Of a DNA stretch of 64,000 nt, positions 20,105-30,204 are shown in pieces. The position numbers and the translations under genes are program-made. Every line of letters begins with the position of its first letter. The first letter of the stretch is position 1. Under the pieces are notes generated by a model. That model made no database searches and had not been told where the DNA came from. It saw nothing but the letters and a program-made list of their open reading frames with translations. This DNA comes from a virus: IMG/VR virus record IMGVR_UViG_3300037116_000074, positions 8,376-72,375 of that record; one strand, written 5' to 3'.

Positions 20105-20542
20105 TTATCTGAGCGATTTTAAATAAAAATTAGCTAATGTACCCTTATTAACCCATGAGCGTAAAACTATCTTCGCAGCCGGTTTGAACACTGGCCTGGG
20201 CGGCATTTTTGATGTCCCTCTCTCCGTGTACTGTGCGCTCTCAGCTTCACTAAAAATCTGTACCCTATTTCGGCCTACTAATCGATATTCAATACTTCGT
20301 TCAAAATCACCTTTCGCATACAATGGACTAGAAGCATCTCCACCCTTGCCCCATTTCTTGCGTTGCTTGGTTTCAACTGTACTACGTGCTAAATCTTTCC
20401 AGAATAGCTGATGCGTTCCAATCATGCTCTGCACTTTCAACTGCACTTCAAAACCTAGCACAGTTAACGCAGCAGCATTCTGAACGGGTACTTGTTTAAG
20501 TTCGTACTGAATATCTGAGATTAAATCAGATAGCTTTCGCAT
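20105..20542 (-). CDS. tail completion/neck protein (HK97 gp10/gpG-like)
   Basis: PL...G.F..SI.Y and E.GT.KMPPRP motifs. Confidence 0.8.
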   Translation of the reverse strand: MRKLSDLISDIQYELKQVPVQNAAALTVLGFEVQLKVQSMIGTHQLFWKDLARSTVETKQRKKWGKGGDASSPLYAKGDFERSIEYRLVGRNRVQIFSEAESAQYTERGTSKMPPRPVFKPAAKIVLRSWVNKGTLANFYLKSLR

Positions 20543-21081
20543 TAGGGGTTGCCGTTAGAACCTGGAAGATTTCCTAAACTTGGAAGAGACGTAGGCATTT
20601 GACCGTTGATCAACATATTTTGACCTTCAAAGTGAATGCGTTGTTCAACACGGGCAATTTCTGCGAAACGTCCCATATCTACTTGAGATAGAACGCAATT
20701 TAAGAATGTATATGTATCGGTTGTTTGGGAAACGACATTATAGACAACAGCTTCAATATTGAAATAACTTTCATTACCCAGGTTATTGAATATACTCATA
20801 ATAGATGCCATTAAGAGTGATGCATTGCCATTGTAACGAACGAATTCTAAATCACCATTCCAACCTTGATAGATGTTACGTACTATACGGATACCACCAT
20901 TATCAATTGGAGTTGCATTAACTTCTTGAATAACTGGATTAGCATTCATACCAACCAATCTACCTAAAGCATCAGATGTAAATCCACCACCAGCAGCCAC
21001 ACCAGCTAAGCCAACAGGAGTGAATAGAACAAGACGTAAATCTTGACCGATTGTCATTCCAGTAATATTTGCAAAAGCCAT
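20542..21081 (-). CDS. tail tube protein
   Basis: directly after the sheath; GW.G..EF.R, TYTF.NC. Confidence 0.8.
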   Translation of the reverse strand: MAFANITGMTIGQDLRLVLFTPVGLAGVAAGGGFTSDALGRLVGMNANPVIQEVNATPIDNGGIRIVRNIYQGWNGDLEFVRYNGNASLLMASIMSIFNNLGNESYFNIEAVVYNVVSQTTDTYTFLNCVLSQVDMGRFAEIARVEQRIHFEGQNMLINGQMPTSLPSLGNLPGSNGNP

Positions 21082-21093
21082 TTTGATTTACTC

Positions 21094-23016
21094 CTATGAA
21101 GCCGGTTGAGACGATACTACATTTTGGACACTCACTGTAGTTCCGCCTTGTAGAGTGAATATTAAATACCAGATAGAAGACAAATATGTTGCGGCAACGA
21201 ATACGCTACAAATATGTTTTGCAATAGTTGTAGGAGTGTTGTAACCAGGACTGTTATTAGTTTGGCTAAATTCACACAGAGTTACATATGCATCCAACTG
21301 AGTGTTAGAGACTAGTTGCGCTAAGAATGAATTCAAATTAGATTTGATTGCAGATCTCACTGGATCTACAACTTGTTGTGACTGTAACTTACCAATGAAC
21401 TGGCCTAAATTAGCACCAACTGATTGAATTAAGAAATTAGTCATGCGTGAGTATTCTATTGGTGCAGTACCAATATTATTTAAGGATGTATTCACAGCGG
21501 TAACAAACCCAAACTGAGGACCAGCTGGAATAGGATTGCTCACCAATGCGATACCGTTTGTATTAGCTAAACCAATATCGGCATCATCGTAAGGGCCAAT
21601 ATTAGCCAATCTAGATGTAGTGACAACTGCCTGTAGCGATTTGTTTAATGGAGATTGTTCTGGGCTTAAAGCAGCAATTAAACCGCCCAAAGGACCAGTC
21701 GGAGGAACGTAGCGTAACAACCCATTAACTGGATCAAACATTTGAGGCCAGTCTATGAAGCACATCACTTGATAATTATCAATACCGTAACTATTTAAAT
21801 CAGCTACAGCTGCTGAAACAGTAGTATCTATTGGTTCACAAATAGCCATCAGTATGCCATTTTGAGATCCAATCGCTTGAATTGTTGGAGCAACAGTCAT
21901 ATCAGCTAAGCCAACACACCATGCTTGCTGTACAGATGGAATACATTTTAAGAGAGCGTATAAACCCGATCCTTGAGCACTAGCGCCGCCAGTTGGAGAA
22001 CCAACTAACATAGCTGAAGTAACTCCACTACGACCATCAAGGCCGCCGGTTAGTGGTGTTGCAACTTGTAACTGTGGAGCATGAGTTGAACTAGCAGCGA
22101 CAAAGCGGGCTAATTGCGATGCTGGGCGGGTTGGACCAGCTCCACCACTTAAAACTGATGTTAAAGCTGCCCAGAAAGCAGAAGTATTTGGCAGTGCTTG
22201 ATAAAATTCTTGAGACTTGCCGGCCCATGCGGTTAATAGAACATTCACTAAAGTCGAACTAGTGCCTGGAAGAATCGACATGCGAATTGCATTACCAAGG
22301 ACGCCCGTATAAAGAGCTGTTAAAGTACCGCCAATAACGGCTGAAGGAGATGTAATGGTGATAGTTTCAGTATTACTCCCTATGGCATAGGTGATAACAG
22401 GAATGATATCTAAATCTGTAGAAGCTGTAACAGTAATTGTCAAAGATGTTGATGTGGCTTTAATACCAGCAGCGGTTAGTGCGGTATTTGCATTAATAGC
22501 ATTTTTAAGAGCTACTGTAATCGTTGATAATGTATCGCCGGATAAAACAGTATAAGGTACAGTAACTGGACTACCAGTTATGGCGCTGTTTGTAAATACT
22601 AAATTTATAACATCGGCAGTAGTTTTACTTCCACCGACTAAAAGAGTTTGTGTATCTGCGGTATTGTCATTCACTACCAGACTGGCAGCATCATCTGTAC
22701 CATCAGATACACGCACTTCTTGAATAGATAAGCCTAGTTGACTAGCTTGTTGTAACGATGTCCATACGTCTGTAGCAGCATCATGAATATCAGTTAATGA
22801 AGCGGCACTCACTGGACCAAAGAGAACATTTTGTGACGCCATATCACCAATCAGAGTTGCCTTATTTAAAGGACCCCAAGAGGCCGTACCAATCATACCT
22901 ACCACAGAAGCCGGAGCGCCCGTAATGGAGGCTTGCGGAGGCTGAACTACTAAATAAACCGCTGGAACCGTTAAGGCTGATGGGTTAATTTGATCGGGGT
23001 TGATAATTATCGGCAA
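21094..23016 (-). CDS. tail sheath protein (probable TTG start at 23016)
   Basis: P.VY, IGTASWGPLN, LTGGLDG, YVPPTG, SPEQSPLNK; GGGAG RBS 9 nt before TTG. Confidence 0.93.
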   Translation of the reverse strand: MPIIINPDQINPSALTVPAVYLVVQPPQASITGAPASVVGMIGTASWGPLNKATLIGDMASQNVLFGPVSAASLTDIHDAATDVWTSLQQASQLGLSIQEVRVSDGTDDAASLVVNDNTADTQTLLVGGSKTTADVINLVFTNSAITGSPVTVPYTVLSGDTLSTITVALKNAINANTALTAAGIKATSTSLTITVTASTDLDIIPVITYAIGSNTETITITSPSAVIGGTLTALYTGVLGNAIRMSILPGTSSTLVNVLLTAWAGKSQEFYQALPNTSAFWAALTSVLSGGAGPTRPASQLARFVAASSTHAPQLQVATPLTGGLDGRSGVTSAMLVGSPTGGASAQGSGLYALLKCIPSVQQAWCVGLADMTVAPTIQAIGSQNGILMAICEPIDTTVSAAVADLNSYGIDNYQVMCFIDWPQMFDPVNGLLRYVPPTGPLGGLIAALSPEQSPLNKSLQAVVTTSRLANIGPYDDADIGLANTNGIALVSNPIPAGPQFGFVTAVNTSLNNIGTAPIEYSRMTNFLIQSVGANLGQFIGKLQSQQVVDPVRSAIKSNLNSFLAQLVSNTQLDAYVTLCEFSQTNNSPGYNTPTTIAKHICSVFVAATYLSSIWYLIFTLQGGTTVSVQNVVSSQPAS

Positions 23017-23078
23017 GGTAGTACACTCCCAGAATGTTAGCAATTGTAACTCTGAGAATATTTTAACCTACTTTAGGG

Positions 23079-23612
23079 TTAATTACACGCTTTTAATATA
23101 AATCGGGCCGCAAACTCTCCATCAGTCATATCTGCCTTGGCTTTATTGTATGTTCTAGATGTCCACTGAAGATTTTCTAAACGAAAGATTAATTCTGGGG
23201 CGCGAATTTTCGGTATTTTATGATCTAAATCGACATTTTCTCCGGGAATCAATCGTTCGTTAGTATATGGACATCTAGGGGTGATGATTAATTGATTATA
23301 TAAACCTTCTACTAAATATTCAATTTCATCGGCGGTAATCGGAGTATGATAGCGTTTTTTAGTAGCCCGAACCATCGCCTTCACAATATAATCAACCCAG
23401 CACTCAATACAGTAATCTTTTTTTCCAGCTTGAATCGTCGCTTGCTTTGGACAATAACGACATTTATTGATTAATTTCCATTTTGCATATAAGTTTTGCT
23501 TATATTTTTTTTGACATTGCTTACATTGATGATCGCGCCCATCTGCTCTTGTTGATAAAGAAAAAAACATCGTAAAAGGCAAGTATTTATAACATGTATT
23601 GCATTGCTTCAT
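23079..23612 (-). CDS. Zn-finger HNH endonuclease, paralog 1
   Basis: four CxxC; CPYT..L..G.N..LDHK.P...NLQW....N..K. Confidence 0.85.
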   Translation of the reverse strand: MKQCNTCYKYLPFTMFFSLSTRADGRDHQCKQCQKKYKQNLYAKWKLINKCRYCPKQATIQAGKKDYCIECWVDYIVKAMVRATKKRYHTPITADEIEYLVEGLYNQLIITPRCPYTNERLIPGENVDLDHKIPKIRAPELIFRLENLQWTSRTYNKAKADMTDGEFAARFILKACN

Positions 23613-23720
23613 GTTAAGCATTATATCAGGATCGGAAAGTGTTGACCCTTAGATGTCTTTAACCGAAATATTTTTCATGTATAATACAAAATAATCGAAT
23701 TAGATACCGTGGAGGGTATA

Positions 23721-23948
23721 ATGGCAGACGAATTAGAACCAAAACTAAATGTTGTGAATTTATCGGGAGAACTTGGTAAGTTAATGGCTTTGGTAGAAAA
23801 ATTTAGCGATCCAGCAACCCTGGCTCAGCTTGAATCTGAAGGCAAATTAGCCTTAGATGATGCACAAAAGCTCATGGCAGATGCTCAACAAGCGTCCATA
23901 GACCTTAATGCCGCTTTGGCAGCACTACGATTAGTAGCAGGTATATAA
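23721..23948 (+). CDS. hypothetical helical protein
   Basis: GGAGG RBS; TATAAT at 23680. Confidence 0.65.
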   Translation: MADELEPKLNVVNLSGELGKLMALVEKFSDPATLAQLESEGKLALDDAQKLMADAQQASIDLNAALAALRLVAGI

Positions 23949-24037
23949 GATGCAAATGCTTTTACTGGACGCACTAGTAGCTGTATGTATGTTTAGCATG
24001 GGATTTCTTTTAACCCACATGGCTATGCATAAATAAT

Positions 24038-24259
24038 ATGGTTGCCAACTTCATAGCCATTATTGCAATATTGACACTAGCGATATTAATCTTAAGTGTC
24101 ACTATATTGCCATATTTTGCTGCGATGCATCAAGTCACTTATATAGTAAATGACACACTGTTAACCGGTTGTATTGCATCACTAACAGGTATTATCAGCG
24201 CTATGGCCGTCAAGAAGATAACGCAATGCCCCACTGAACCACCGAAAGATAATCATTAA
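24038..24259 (+). CDS. 2-TM membrane protein, holin candidate
   Basis: two hydrophobic segments and charged C-tail; 73 aa. Confidence 0.45.
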   Translation: MVANFIAIIAILTLAILILSVTILPYFAAMHQVTYIVNDTLLTGCIASLTGIISAMAVKKITQCPTEPPKDNH

Positions 24260-24747
24260 GGGTGCCAGTCGGGACCAAAAGAAGCAATCGGGTGACGAAA
24301 ACATATAAATGTTTGCTGCCCGAATTGGGTGAAAAATGTACACTTAACAGGCGTATGAACATTGCCAATATTGTGATGAATATGCATCGCATAATTAGGT
24401 TCTAGACCATCCATAGCCACAAAGCAATCGCCTAACTGAATACGCCCATTAAGATCACAATTAGGGTCTATATAGTACACAATTCCATTATTTAAGTGAT
24501 AGCAAAAGCCTAAAGCAGATTTAATACGTTGAACTGAAGGCAATCGTAATTGTACCTTGGTAGGTTCTTCGGTTGGGATTTGCACTCTCATGTCCTGCCG
24601 AATGACCGGTTGTGCTACATCCTGAGATACTTGTCCCGTATAGGTTTGCGTGTTTACTTGCAGCGCAAAAAGTCCACCAAAAAGTCCACTGATGAATCTC
24701 ATATTGGCCTCCATACGTTTAATCGCTTCTGATAACAGGCAGGGCAT
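24256..24747 (-). CDS. PDZ-like protein with hydrophobic N-terminus
   Basis: ALGF...VYYIDP..D...IQLGD.FVAMDG...G...TPV; MRFISGLFGGLFALQV. Confidence 0.6.
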   Translation of the reverse strand: MPCLLSEAIKRMEANMRFISGLFGGLFALQVNTQTYTGQVSQDVAQPVIRQDMRVQIPTEEPTKVQLRLPSVQRIKSALGFCYHLNNGIVYYIDPNCDLNGRIQLGDCFVAMDGLEPNYAMHIHHNIGNVHTPVKCTFFTQFGQQTFICFRHPIASFGPDWHP

Positions 24748-25118
24748 TCAGAGTTTGGGGTACAAACTAGGCATTCCGGTCGATACTCCTGAGATCTAGG
24801 CTCAACCAAATCGCAATTATCGAAACTAGCTAAGAAGCAAGCCTCTAGGTGTATATGACAACATTTTTTTACTGTTTCTATGTCTAGATTGGGATAGTCA
24901 ATCTGACGACCACTACGTTCGAATAACCATTTTAAACAAGCCCATTCCCGCCACTTGTTTCGGGCTTTCGTCAGCCAATAATGACGTATGCCTACTTCGG
25001 GAGTTGCATGAATCTTCAATGAACGTAACTCTTCAATTACATGTAAGCGTTCACTTTGATAGTGCTCTTCGATTACTGATTCATCAATATAGTCTACGAA
25101 TTCAAATTCTTCATTCAT
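24699..25118 (-). CDS. hypothetical protein
   Basis: GAGG RBS; Cys-rich C-terminus. Confidence 0.6.
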   Translation of the reverse strand: MNEEFEFVDYIDESVIEEHYQSERLHVIEELRSLKIHATPEVGIRHYWLTKARNKWREWACLKWLFERSGRQIDYPNLDIETVKKCCHIHLEACFLASFDNCDLVEPRSQEYRPECLVCTPNSECPACYQKRLNVWRPI

Positions 25119-25295
25119 TGTCTGTACCTCTGTCTCAGTTATGACAGAAGGATAATATTACGTCGATGTTATTACGTAACAATGTAATATAACTTAATAA
25201 TAAAGGGCTCTGGGCCGTGATTAAGCGTAAAGCGGGTTCAACGACATACCTGAACAAATCCTTACCAGGGCTTCGGATTATAGGTGAATTATATA

Positions 25296-26195
25296 CTAAT
25301 CTGTAGGTACTGGTGAAGCAAACCCTTGAGGGATCGTTTCTATTAAGAATCCTGGGATTGTATTTAAAACTGGATAAGATATTTGTAACATGAAGTCGTA
25401 CCTATATATATCCTGTAACTGAGAATCCTTCCAAATATGAAAATCGGTCATCGTCACCCGGCAAGCGGAATTGTCAGCCGCCAAGAACCCATAGTTCACT
25501 TCCATTTGCGCAAATAATTGCTCCAATATATTGCCGTATTTCGAACGATCTGCTGGAGTTCTAGACCAAACCGTTACTTGGATATCTCTATCCCAACGGA
25601 AGCCTTCTTGAGTGAAGCTACCGACATTAACTACTTCGGACCAAACATCATAGCTAGCTGGGTTGCTATTAGTTACTGTAATGACATTACCAGTTCTACT
25701 GGCTACTATACCAGTCAGTAAGTTAATTTGAGTTACCATACCGTCTAATGCATTAACCAATGTGTCTGTAACTAAGGCTGTATAGTTGGCAAAAAGTTGA
25801 AACTGATCGTCAGTACCAGCGGCTAATGTTAAACAGAAAGCATCATTCACTAATGGCACTCCGCTTCCAGTTAAAGTGATAGTTTCACCGGCTGGTAAAA
25901 ATGGTGTATTGAGTGTAAGAATAGCTCCTGGAGTTCCCAAGGTAGGTGGGAGTGCATAGAAGATAGGAATGGCGGTGGTGTTATTGCGTTCACCACCCTT
26001 ATCAAATATTGAGATAATTGTTGGTATCGCTCCTGAAGCTACCCCTGCTAAACTTTGTACGGGCGGCCAATCAGTTGCAAGTAATGGGAGTGGAAAAATG
26101 GCCGTTACTTGATTCGGTAATAATAAATTAGTTCCCTGAAATGCAGTTAAGATTTGTTGCTGTAATGCAGCCCATATCATATCAGTCGTTGCCAA
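25296..26195 (-). CDS. tail terminator/neck protein (TTG start)
   Basis: AAGGAG RBS; IQVTVWS.TP..R, IYRYD...I.Y; synteny. Confidence 0.65.
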   Translation of the reverse strand: MATTDMIWAALQQQILTAFQGTNLLLPNQVTAIFPLPLLATDWPPVQSLAGVASGAIPTIISIFDKGGERNNTTAIPIFYALPPTLGTPGAILTLNTPFLPAGETITLTGSGVPLVNDAFCLTLAAGTDDQFQLFANYTALVTDTLVNALDGMVTQINLLTGIVASRTGNVITVTNSNPASYDVWSEVVNVGSFTQEGFRWDRDIQVTVWSRTPADRSKYGNILEQLFAQMEVNYGFLAADNSACRVTMTDFHIWKDSQLQDIYRYDFMLQISYPVLNTIPGFLIETIPQGFASPVPTD

Positions 26196-26226
26196 AATTT
26201 ACTCCTTATGTGTTATACTTTTTAAG

Positions 26227-26841
26227 ATGCTATCAAAAATCAAACAATGCTCCATATGTAAAATAGAAAAATCATTAGATTGTTTTCATAGTGTACCACG
26301 GGGTAAATATGGAAAATCTAGTAGATGTAAAGTTTGCTGTAGTCAAACACAAGCGCAGGCTAGGTTGCAAAATCCTAAAAGATATCAGCAACAACTAGCA
26401 GCGTTAAACATAATACGGGATAAATATAAGGAAAAGAATTTATGTCGTTCATGCGGCGCTCCGACATTGCCAAATAAATCAAAATGTTTTTTCCATTGCG
26501 TAGGACAACGACTACGTTTTGCGGGACGACATCTGAAATTACATAAAGAAATCTATATAAAAAATCTTACACAACCGGTATGTGATATGTTGACTAATAA
26601 TCCTATTTGTCCGTACACTAAGCAACCGCTGATTATAGGCGTTAATGCTCAGTTGGACCATAAACAACCAGTCAAGCACTATCCTGAGAAGGCCTTAGAT
26701 CTAGATAATCTCCAGTGGGTATCCGAAGAATATAATGAACATAAGCTAGATATGACTGATGAACAATATTTGGAACACTGTAAAACTATCATTAAATCTT
26801 ACGGATATATAATTACTGGCCCGAACCCGTCAGATGTTTAG
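26227..26841 (+). CDS. Zn-finger HNH endonuclease, paralog 2 (antisense to operon)
   Basis: CxxC motifs; CPYT.QPL..G.N.QLDHK.P...NLQWVS..YN..K. Confidence 0.85.
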   Translation: MLSKIKQCSICKIEKSLDCFHSVPRGKYGKSSRCKVCCSQTQAQARLQNPKRYQQQLAALNIIRDKYKEKNLCRSCGAPTLPNKSKCFFHCVGQRLRFAGRHLKLHKEIYIKNLTQPVCDMLTNNPICPYTKQPLIIGVNAQLDHKQPVKHYPEKALDLDNLQWVSEEYNEHKLDMTDEQYLEHCKTIIKSYGYIITGPNPSDV

Positions 26842-27616
26842 AGCATACGAATACATTCCCACTTGCACCCGAAGTCTGATGATAATTACTATCAATTCTA
26901 TAACGGGACCCATCGCTAAAAACTAGCATATCGGCTGCTTTCGCTTGATAGCCATTTAATGGAGGTAGGTACACAAGCCGTTTTTCCACTGGTGGCATAT
27001 TTGCTGTCGGCTGATTATAAATTTCGCCGCCATAAGATCGACGTGACATTACTCCAATAGGAATTAAAGCCGCTTCCTGCCCTGCATTTAATGGAATAAA
27101 ATTTCCGTTCTGTAAAATAATAGGCATCATATTAGGTAAAGTAGAGTCGTACAAATTTTGCTGCGGTATCAATCCTGATTGAGTTGTGGGATAAATATTC
27201 GGTGTATATAGTTGGGCTGTTGTATTGATTCGTCCAAAAATTGGCTGCATCGTTGGCATATTCTCAGCTAAGCACATACCTACAAATTCAGTCGTTGGAT
27301 ATGGCGCTGTTACATCGCCGCGGTTGAATACTTTATCGTTGCTAACAAAAATATCGCCCACTTGAAATGGCAAACAATTACCTATAATTTCATACCAGAA
27401 ACTCTGGAGTGCTTTATCGCCTTCGAATCCAGGATTAGAGCCTTTCATTGGGCGGCGGTCCATTAGAACATTGGTGCGGATTAGGTTTTGTGGTTGGATT
27501 ACGTCACCACTTGAATTAGGTTGGACTCTGTAGACCAACCAGGGAATACCCGTAACTTGTGCTAAAACATTATAGGCGTTCTGAAGAATACGATTTATGC
27601 TAATGTAATTAGCCAT
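26813..27616 (-). CDS. head closure/neck protein
   Basis: synteny between adaptor and terminator; D.L...DG.RY.I. Confidence 0.6.
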   Translation of the reverse strand: MANYISINRILQNAYNVLAQVTGIPWLVYRVQPNSSGDVIQPQNLIRTNVLMDRRPMKGSNPGFEGDKALQSFWYEIIGNCLPFQVGDIFVSNDKVFNRGDVTAPYPTTEFVGMCLAENMPTMQPIFGRINTTAQLYTPNIYPTTQSGLIPQQNLYDSTLPNMMPIILQNGNFIPLNAGQEAALIPIGVMSRRSYGGEIYNQPTANMPPVEKRLVYLPPLNGYQAKAADMLVFSDGSRYRIDSNYHQTSGASGNVFVCSKHLTGSGQ

Positions 27617-28485
27617 TAAACTATACTCCAGTTACCTATAGTCATTGAGTTGGTAATAGCCCCATTATCAGGGTTCTTCATAATGCCTAAATAGACAGCC
27701 ATACGATTGCAATACATCTTGAACAATTTTTGCCTATCTTTCATTTCGGATACCCGCAATGTAGCATTGTTGCCTTTATAGACTGCTAAATTATCAGAAA
27801 CCGATCCAACCATTTGGTCCTCTAGATAATTGCATATAGGTAAATAGCCCCACACTACTGTAGGCGGATACGTAAGATTGCTAGTTAAAGATGGGTTTAG
27901 CGGAATACCTTGTTGAACAATCTGGGGAATGGTTTGACCAGAGCCAGTAACTGTAATTGTAAAAGCTTGTCCTGGAAATGGTGCCATAAAAGAAACAATT
28001 GGAAACGTAACTAATTGAGATGCATTATTAGGTTGACCATTTGGACCGCTTCCAAAATCGTTAACAGCAATCATACCGGCACTACTGAATACACCATTCT
28101 GTGCAAATTGATTAGCAACTTTGCCGCAGATAGTTAAAAAGGTATCGCCATCCACTACAGTATAAGTTTCCGTCACAGGACTGGCTGACAAGATAGCCGA
28201 TGCGATTGAAACTGTAAAAGTTGAGCCTGGGAAAACAGGAATTAAAGACATTACTGGGTTACCTTGAGAGAAGCCAATGGCTCCATAAGGCTTACCTGTT
28301 AAACGTGCTTCTTCATTGGGTTGAAGATTATTCATCTTGTATTCCAACTGCCCATAAGCATTAAAAAATCTAAATCCAGTATTGACGGGTGCTAGGGAAC
28401 CGCCGACGGGGGACTGACGCCAAAGTCCGATCACAGAGTAATCTAGGAAGCGTCGTACATCGGATTTCTCTTGCTCTAATAGCAT
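27616..28485 (-). CDS. head-tail adaptor
   Basis: EKSDVRRFL.Y...YG.LEY.MNNL...EE; E..DR..LF......MA.YLG; synteny. Confidence 0.65.
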   Translation of the reverse strand: MLLEQEKSDVRRFLDYSVIGLWRQSPVGGSLAPVNTGFRFFNAYGQLEYKMNNLQPNEEARLTGKPYGAIGFSQGNPVMSLIPVFPGSTFTVSIASAILSASPVTETYTVVDGDTFLTICGKVANQFAQNGVFSSAGMIAVNDFGSGPNGQPNNASQLVTFPIVSFMAPFPGQAFTITVTGSGQTIPQIVQQGIPLNPSLTSNLTYPPTVVWGYLPICNYLEDQMVGSVSDNLAVYKGNNATLRVSEMKDRQKLFKMYCNRMAVYLGIMKNPDNGAITNSMTIGNWSIV

Positions 28486-28561
28486 TAATTAATACTCCAC
28501 ACTTGTTGTATGAATATATTTTAAGCTATATACCAGTATTCCACTATGGTAATATGGACAT

Positions 28562-29140
28562 ATGATAAAAAAATACTGTATCAAATGCCAAGAAATGAGT
28601 GTAATTGAAAATTTCAGTAAAGACGTCCGTATGCAAGATGGCTTCTGTACTTATTGTCGAACTTGTAGACAAAAAGATCGCAAACAAGCCAGTTGGCGAT
28701 ACGCTGCAATGAATTTAAGACGTAAGCGGCAAAAGCAGGGCTTATGCCAACTTTGCTGTCAACCTACTGTTTCAGGTATAGTCATGTGTATTTATCATGC
28801 AATTTATAGAATTTTATACAAACAAGCTAAAACAAGGAAGCAGGTCAATTGGATGGACATGCCAATCCAAGATCGAAAATGTATGCTTGAACAATTAACA
28901 CAAATGGCACAAGATACCTCCGTCTGTCCCTATACACAGCAACCTTTAATTTTCGGACAAAATATGCACTTGGACCATAAAACACCAGTGAGCCGCGATA
29001 TAACTCAAATCTATACTTTAGATAATCTGCAATGGGTTTCAGCTGAATACAACAGGCACAAACATGACAAAACAGACGCCGAATTCTTAGAATTCTGTAA
29101 GTTGATCGTCACCAATGCTGGCTATACAATTACTGGATGA
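28562..29140 (+). CDS. Zn-finger HNH endonuclease, paralog 3
   Basis: CPYTQQPL.FG.N.HLDHK.P...NLQWVS..YN..K. Confidence 0.85.
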   Translation: MIKKYCIKCQEMSVIENFSKDVRMQDGFCTYCRTCRQKDRKQASWRYAAMNLRRKRQKQGLCQLCCQPTVSGIVMCIYHAIYRILYKQAKTRKQVNWMDMPIQDRKCMLEQLTQMAQDTSVCPYTQQPLIFGQNMHLDHKTPVSRDITQIYTLDNLQWVSAEYNRHKHDKTDAEFLEFCKLIVTNAGYTITG

Positions 29141-29628
29141 AACGCTGCTGCCGCTGTATGGACAGTAAACCATCGATTAAATTTAATAAAGATCGCCATG
29201 CAAAGGATGGATTAGATCACTATTGCCGACAATGTAATAGTGAACGACTTCAAGAGTATAGAAGTAAGACACAGAACTATGCAGATGAACCGATCGCCAT
29301 GCAGTCTTACATCAGGGAAATACTAAGAACATGGATACAGGACCATAAAATCTTTATTCCAATAAAGAAACGAATTCGGCTATCGAAACAACTGTATAAG
29401 AAGCTCATAGAGAACCCTAGATGCCCTTATACACTAGAAAAATTGATTCCACGGGTGAATCTAAGTCTTGACCATATAAAGCCCATTAGCAGAGGCGGTA
29501 AGCATAGTATAAACAACTTGGAATGGATCTCCAGGCGGGCGAATCAAACTAAATGCGATATGACGCCAGATGAATTTTATAAGTTCTGCGAACTGGTCTT
29601 ACATAACCGCACAGCCGGAAGCGACTAA
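29137..29628 (+). CDS. Zn-finger HNH endonuclease, paralog 4
   Basis: CPYT...SLDHIKPISRGGKHSINNLEW....N..K. Confidence 0.88.
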   Translation: MKRCCRCMDSKPSIKFNKDRHAKDGLDHYCRQCNSERLQEYRSKTQNYADEPIAMQSYIREILRTWIQDHKIFIPIKKRIRLSKQLYKKLIENPRCPYTLEKLIPRVNLSLDHIKPISRGGKHSINNLEWISRRANQTKCDMTPDEFYKFCELVLHNRTAGSD

Positions 29629-30204
29629 ATTCGCTACCGTAGTACTATCAAGTAATACTGGTTGGCCTTGGCGTAAATTAAGGATATTCAAGCCTACGGA
29701 GGCTGAGAAATTAGATAATGGAATCATCATTCCGCTACCACCGGTTAAATCACCAGAGGATGGAGTGAATACTTCACTGCCTGGAGAAACTGAAGTCGTA
29801 ACGGAAGCAGAGTTACCAACTTCTCCTGGGACATTAAGAGTTAAAACACCATCTAAAGATGTTGCATAAATACCATAAGCTTGAGCAACTAGATTACTAT
29901 TGACTAATGCGGCTAAGTTTTCGGCTAATGTAGCAAGTGTATCAGCACCATTGGTTGTGTAGGAAAAGGTTAATGACCCATCTGGCAAATTGTTGTTAGA
30001 TAGAACTACATTCAAAACATCATCATCTGCAACTGAGCTAGATAGAGTTAACGCCAAGCTAGCAGCAACGCGAACGTTAGCAGCTAAAAGTTGGCTGGGC
30101 GACAAGGATGTCACTACGGGACCTAGAACGCTAGGTTGATTGAAATTAGGTAATAGTGTTGGATTTTGGGCTGGATTAACCAATCCGTTAAAAGCTTCGC
30201 TCAT
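29599..30204 (-). CDS. putative virion structural protein
   Basis: in head operon; contains the YT..G.DTL..LA..N module shared with the sheath. Confidence 0.6.
   Translation of the reverse strand: MSEAFNGLVNPAQNPTLLPNFNQPSVLGPVVTSLSPSQLLAANVRVAASLALTLSSSVADDDVLNVVLSNNNLPDGSLTFSYTTNGADTLATLAENLAALVNSNLVAQAYGIYATSLDGVLTLNVPGEVGNSASVTTSVSPGSEVFTPSSGDLTGGSGMMIPLSNFSASVGLNILNLRQGQPVLLDSTTVANLVASGCAVM

Noticed and set aside
23079-29628. HNH genes as intron-encoded or RNA-guided (HEARO/IscB)
   Set aside because: They are intergenic, flanking genes are uninterrupted, there is no RuvC motif and no room for an adjacent conserved RNA
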